Source: Candidatus Cryosericum sp. (GTDB lineage: Bacteria; Caldisericota; Caldisericia; Cryosericales; Cryosericaceae). From it: a stretch of DNA of 16,738 nucleotides. Shown here one piece after another: positions 15,004-16,738 of this stretch. The position numbers were made by a program, and so were the translations under genes. The number at the start of each line of letters is the position of its first letter. The stretch's first letter is position 1. The notes below the pieces were generated by a model. It was not told where the DNA came from. It saw only the letters and a list, made by a program, of their open reading frames with translations, and did not search any database. The DNA lies in NCBI GenBank assembly GCA_049699855.1, contig JBNAWM010000024.1:1-16738 (forward strand), read 5' to 3'.

Positions 15004-16263
15004 TTAGAAGTTACGTACCAGGTAGCCTGTGTTGTAGATCAGGAGATGAGCCACAACTGCTGCGTCAAGTGGTCTTGGACCACCGGTCTGTTCGAATTGG
15101 CCAGTTGCAGGATCAGTGTAACTATTCTGGTTCCAAGGGTCAATGTAGGAAATCCAGTGGCGATTGCTCGCATCAAGCTGGACGCCATATTCGACAATGA
15201 AGTGTTGGTGAGGCGTCCAATCCCATCCCCAAAGACGTTGGTCCCGTCCCCATGCGTCTTGTTTGTGAGTGCCATTAGCGTTCAGCCGCTCATCACAAGT
15301 GTAGACGCCGGTGATCGTTCCACTGTTATTGGTGATGTTAAACCTAATGCTGTTGTACAGCCACGTGGTCGCCGTTGTTTCGTCAGAGCTGGTACTGATA
15401 GGATCACGCGTCCAATGCATCTTGGGCGGGTACCCATAAGTGTTCAGGAACGTCACAATGCGATCAGAGCTTGTGCCGGCAGTCGGAGTAGCCCCTTCCC
15501 CATGGGTGTTGATGAAAGTCTGCGTGTACTTCGAGTTCGATCCTGTGAAGCCCCAATCATAATCCAGGATCATCTGTGTTGATGCGGGGCCACAGTAGTA
15601 ACCGTTCTCCTGAATGCGGTACGGAATGTTAAGAGCGAGAGTCTCCGAGGCGACCGACTGCAGACCAGATGCTTTGCCCAATGGCCCGTCGATCCATTTT
15701 CCACCGTCAGGTTGTGAAGCCAACCACTTCTGCTCCGCCTGAAGGTCTTGCAGAAGATCCTTCTGTTCCTGCATGCTCAGCCAGAAATCTGGGCGGTCGG
15801 GGCTGTCGCCATCCCCAGTGCTGGAAACACGAGATTTATCCCAGCCGACAGGGAGCGGATTGCCGACTCGCTCGGACGCAGGAGCACCCCCTCGTACTGG
15901 AGATCTGAGCCATCCACGAGCTTCCAGCGCTTGCTGTTCGGCGGGACTCATAACAAGCCATTGTCGGGCCGTAATGCCTCGCTCGTACAGATCGTGCTGC
16001 TCGTCTGACGTCAGCCATCGCTCTGATGATGCACTCTGCTGATTGGTAGCCATCTGCTGGTCTGTTGGTCGGCCTATGAAGGCATACAGCTTCTGCAACT
16101 GATCTGTTGTCATCCAGCGCTCAGGGACGACTGTAAGAGCAGTGCCAGTCTGCTCTGCGCTTGCCAGTGTCTCTGCCCCTACAGAGATACTGCGATCAAA
16201 CACTCCTACCATAAAGACAGCGATCAAGACAACAATTACACCCTTGCGGGTCATTTTCTTCAT
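15004..16263 (-). CDS. Secreted C39-like (papain-fold) peptidase with N-terminal repeats
   Basis: ATG 16263 behind GAGGAG; signal peptide MKKMTRKGVIVVLIAVFMVG; IPYRIQENGYYCGPAS (Gln, Cys), HFIVEYG (His), YIDPW (Asp). Confidence 0.85.
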   Translation of the reverse strand: MKKMTRKGVIVVLIAVFMVGVFDRSISVGAETLASAEQTGTALTVVPERWMTTDQLQKLYAFIGRPTDQQMATNQQSASSERWLTSDEQHDLYERGITARQWLVMSPAEQQALEARGWLRSPVRGGAPASERVGNPLPVGWDKSRVSSTGDGDSPDRPDFWLSMQEQKDLLQDLQAEQKWLASQPDGGKWIDGPLGKASGLQSVASETLALNIPYRIQENGYYCGPASTQMILDYDWGFTGSNSKYTQTFINTHGEGATPTAGTSSDRIVTFLNTYGYPPKMHWTRDPISTSSDETTATTWLYNSIRFNITNNSGTITGVYTCDERLNANGTHKQDAWGRDQRLWGWDWTPHQHFIVEYGVQLDASNRHWISYIDPWNQNSYTDPATGQFEQTGGPRPLDAAVVAHLLIYNTGYLVRNF

Positions 16264-16415
16264 ACCTTTTCTCCTCTCCCCATATCTTGGTTCAATCCTC
16301 AACGTTTACCTCTGAACAATTGAGAGCCGCCGCATTCCCCGGCAGTGAGATTCACGTTCTTCGCTGTTACTGTCTATGCACTCATGACTTGTGCCTCCTC
16401 TCACCAGCAACTTAC

Positions 16416-16447
16416 ATTGTAGCAACTGAAAGTTACAATTTGGTAAC
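16416..16447 (-). promoter_or_regulatory. Extended -10 promoter with palindrome for the peptidase-lipoprotein operon
   Basis: TGcTACAAT (16424-16416); GTTAC-AATTTG-GTAAC palindrome at 16432-16447 over the spacer/-35 region. Confidence 0.5.
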
Positions 16448-16614
16448 GATTCCTCGTTTCGTCCCAGCCCATCCCCAACTTCCTCCTCTCACAAAGAAGA
16501 GGAAGAAGAAAGTAGATTTGCTGACGATGTTCCTTCGCTCCTCACCCATATAACGCAGATCTCACCAAATGTCTGAAAAAATAGTCCAGGCGATCGCGCT
16601 TCTCGACACAAGAT

Positions 16615-16652
16615 TGGATTCCCGTCCCCGACAGAAACATTCGGGGATGACG
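16615..16652. repeat. REP-like extragenic palindrome
   Basis: TGGATTCCCG-TCCCCGA-CAGAAACAT-TCGGGGA-TGAC; resembles GGATTCCC...GGGAATGAC-type repeats; single copy in the window. Confidence 0.45.
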
Positions 16653-16694
16653 TTCCTTTCCCGAAAGCGCCCCTCGTATTGAACTAGTGTCTAC

Positions 16695-16736
16695 TTGCAT
16701 AATTGCTAGCTATGTGATATACTCTTGGACAGGAGG
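16695..16736 (+). promoter_or_regulatory. Sigma70 promoter and RBS for the next gene outside the window
   Basis: TTGCAT (16695-16700)-17-TATACT (16718-16723) with extended TG; AGGAGG at 16731-16736. Confidence 0.75.
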
Positions 16737-16738
16737 AA

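Noticed and set aside
1..16738. CRISPR array, tRNA, rRNA, integrase
   Set aside because: No regularly spaced repeats, cloverleaf/T-loop signatures or recombinase motifs were seen.

Overview
Bacterial chromosomal window, probably from an anaerobe (lineage not determinable here). From left to right: (1) the Pro/Ala-rich 3' end of a + strand gene. (2) A minus-strand redox/sulfur-handling locus: NifX-like protein, 2x[4Fe-4S] ferredoxin, stand-alone HdrA-N-terminal-like protein, TusA/YeeD, YeeE, DsrE/F/H-like proteins, then two tandem OsmC/Ohr-family paralogs. Its three transcription units share a conserved promoter module with a Rex/CRP-type TGTGA-N6-TCACA box. (3) A divergent RhlE-like DEAD-box helicase with a long structured leader and a candidate promoter-driven sRNA in its 3' end. 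(4) A PAS-like/HD-GYP plus pirin pair with an orphan promoter-terminator unit upstream. (5) DUF4388, DUF1659-like and DUF2922-like genes, an isolated pilT, a hypothetical protein and a PII-like protein. (6) An inverted-repeat-bounded ~170-nt element, a secreted C39-like peptidase plus lipoprotein pair, a REP-like hairpin and a promoter for the next gene. The best candidates for something undescribed are the co-regulated sulfur-relay/Fe-S/OsmC regulon and several unannotated non-coding RNAs. All family calls come from recognising motifs by eye; no searches were run.
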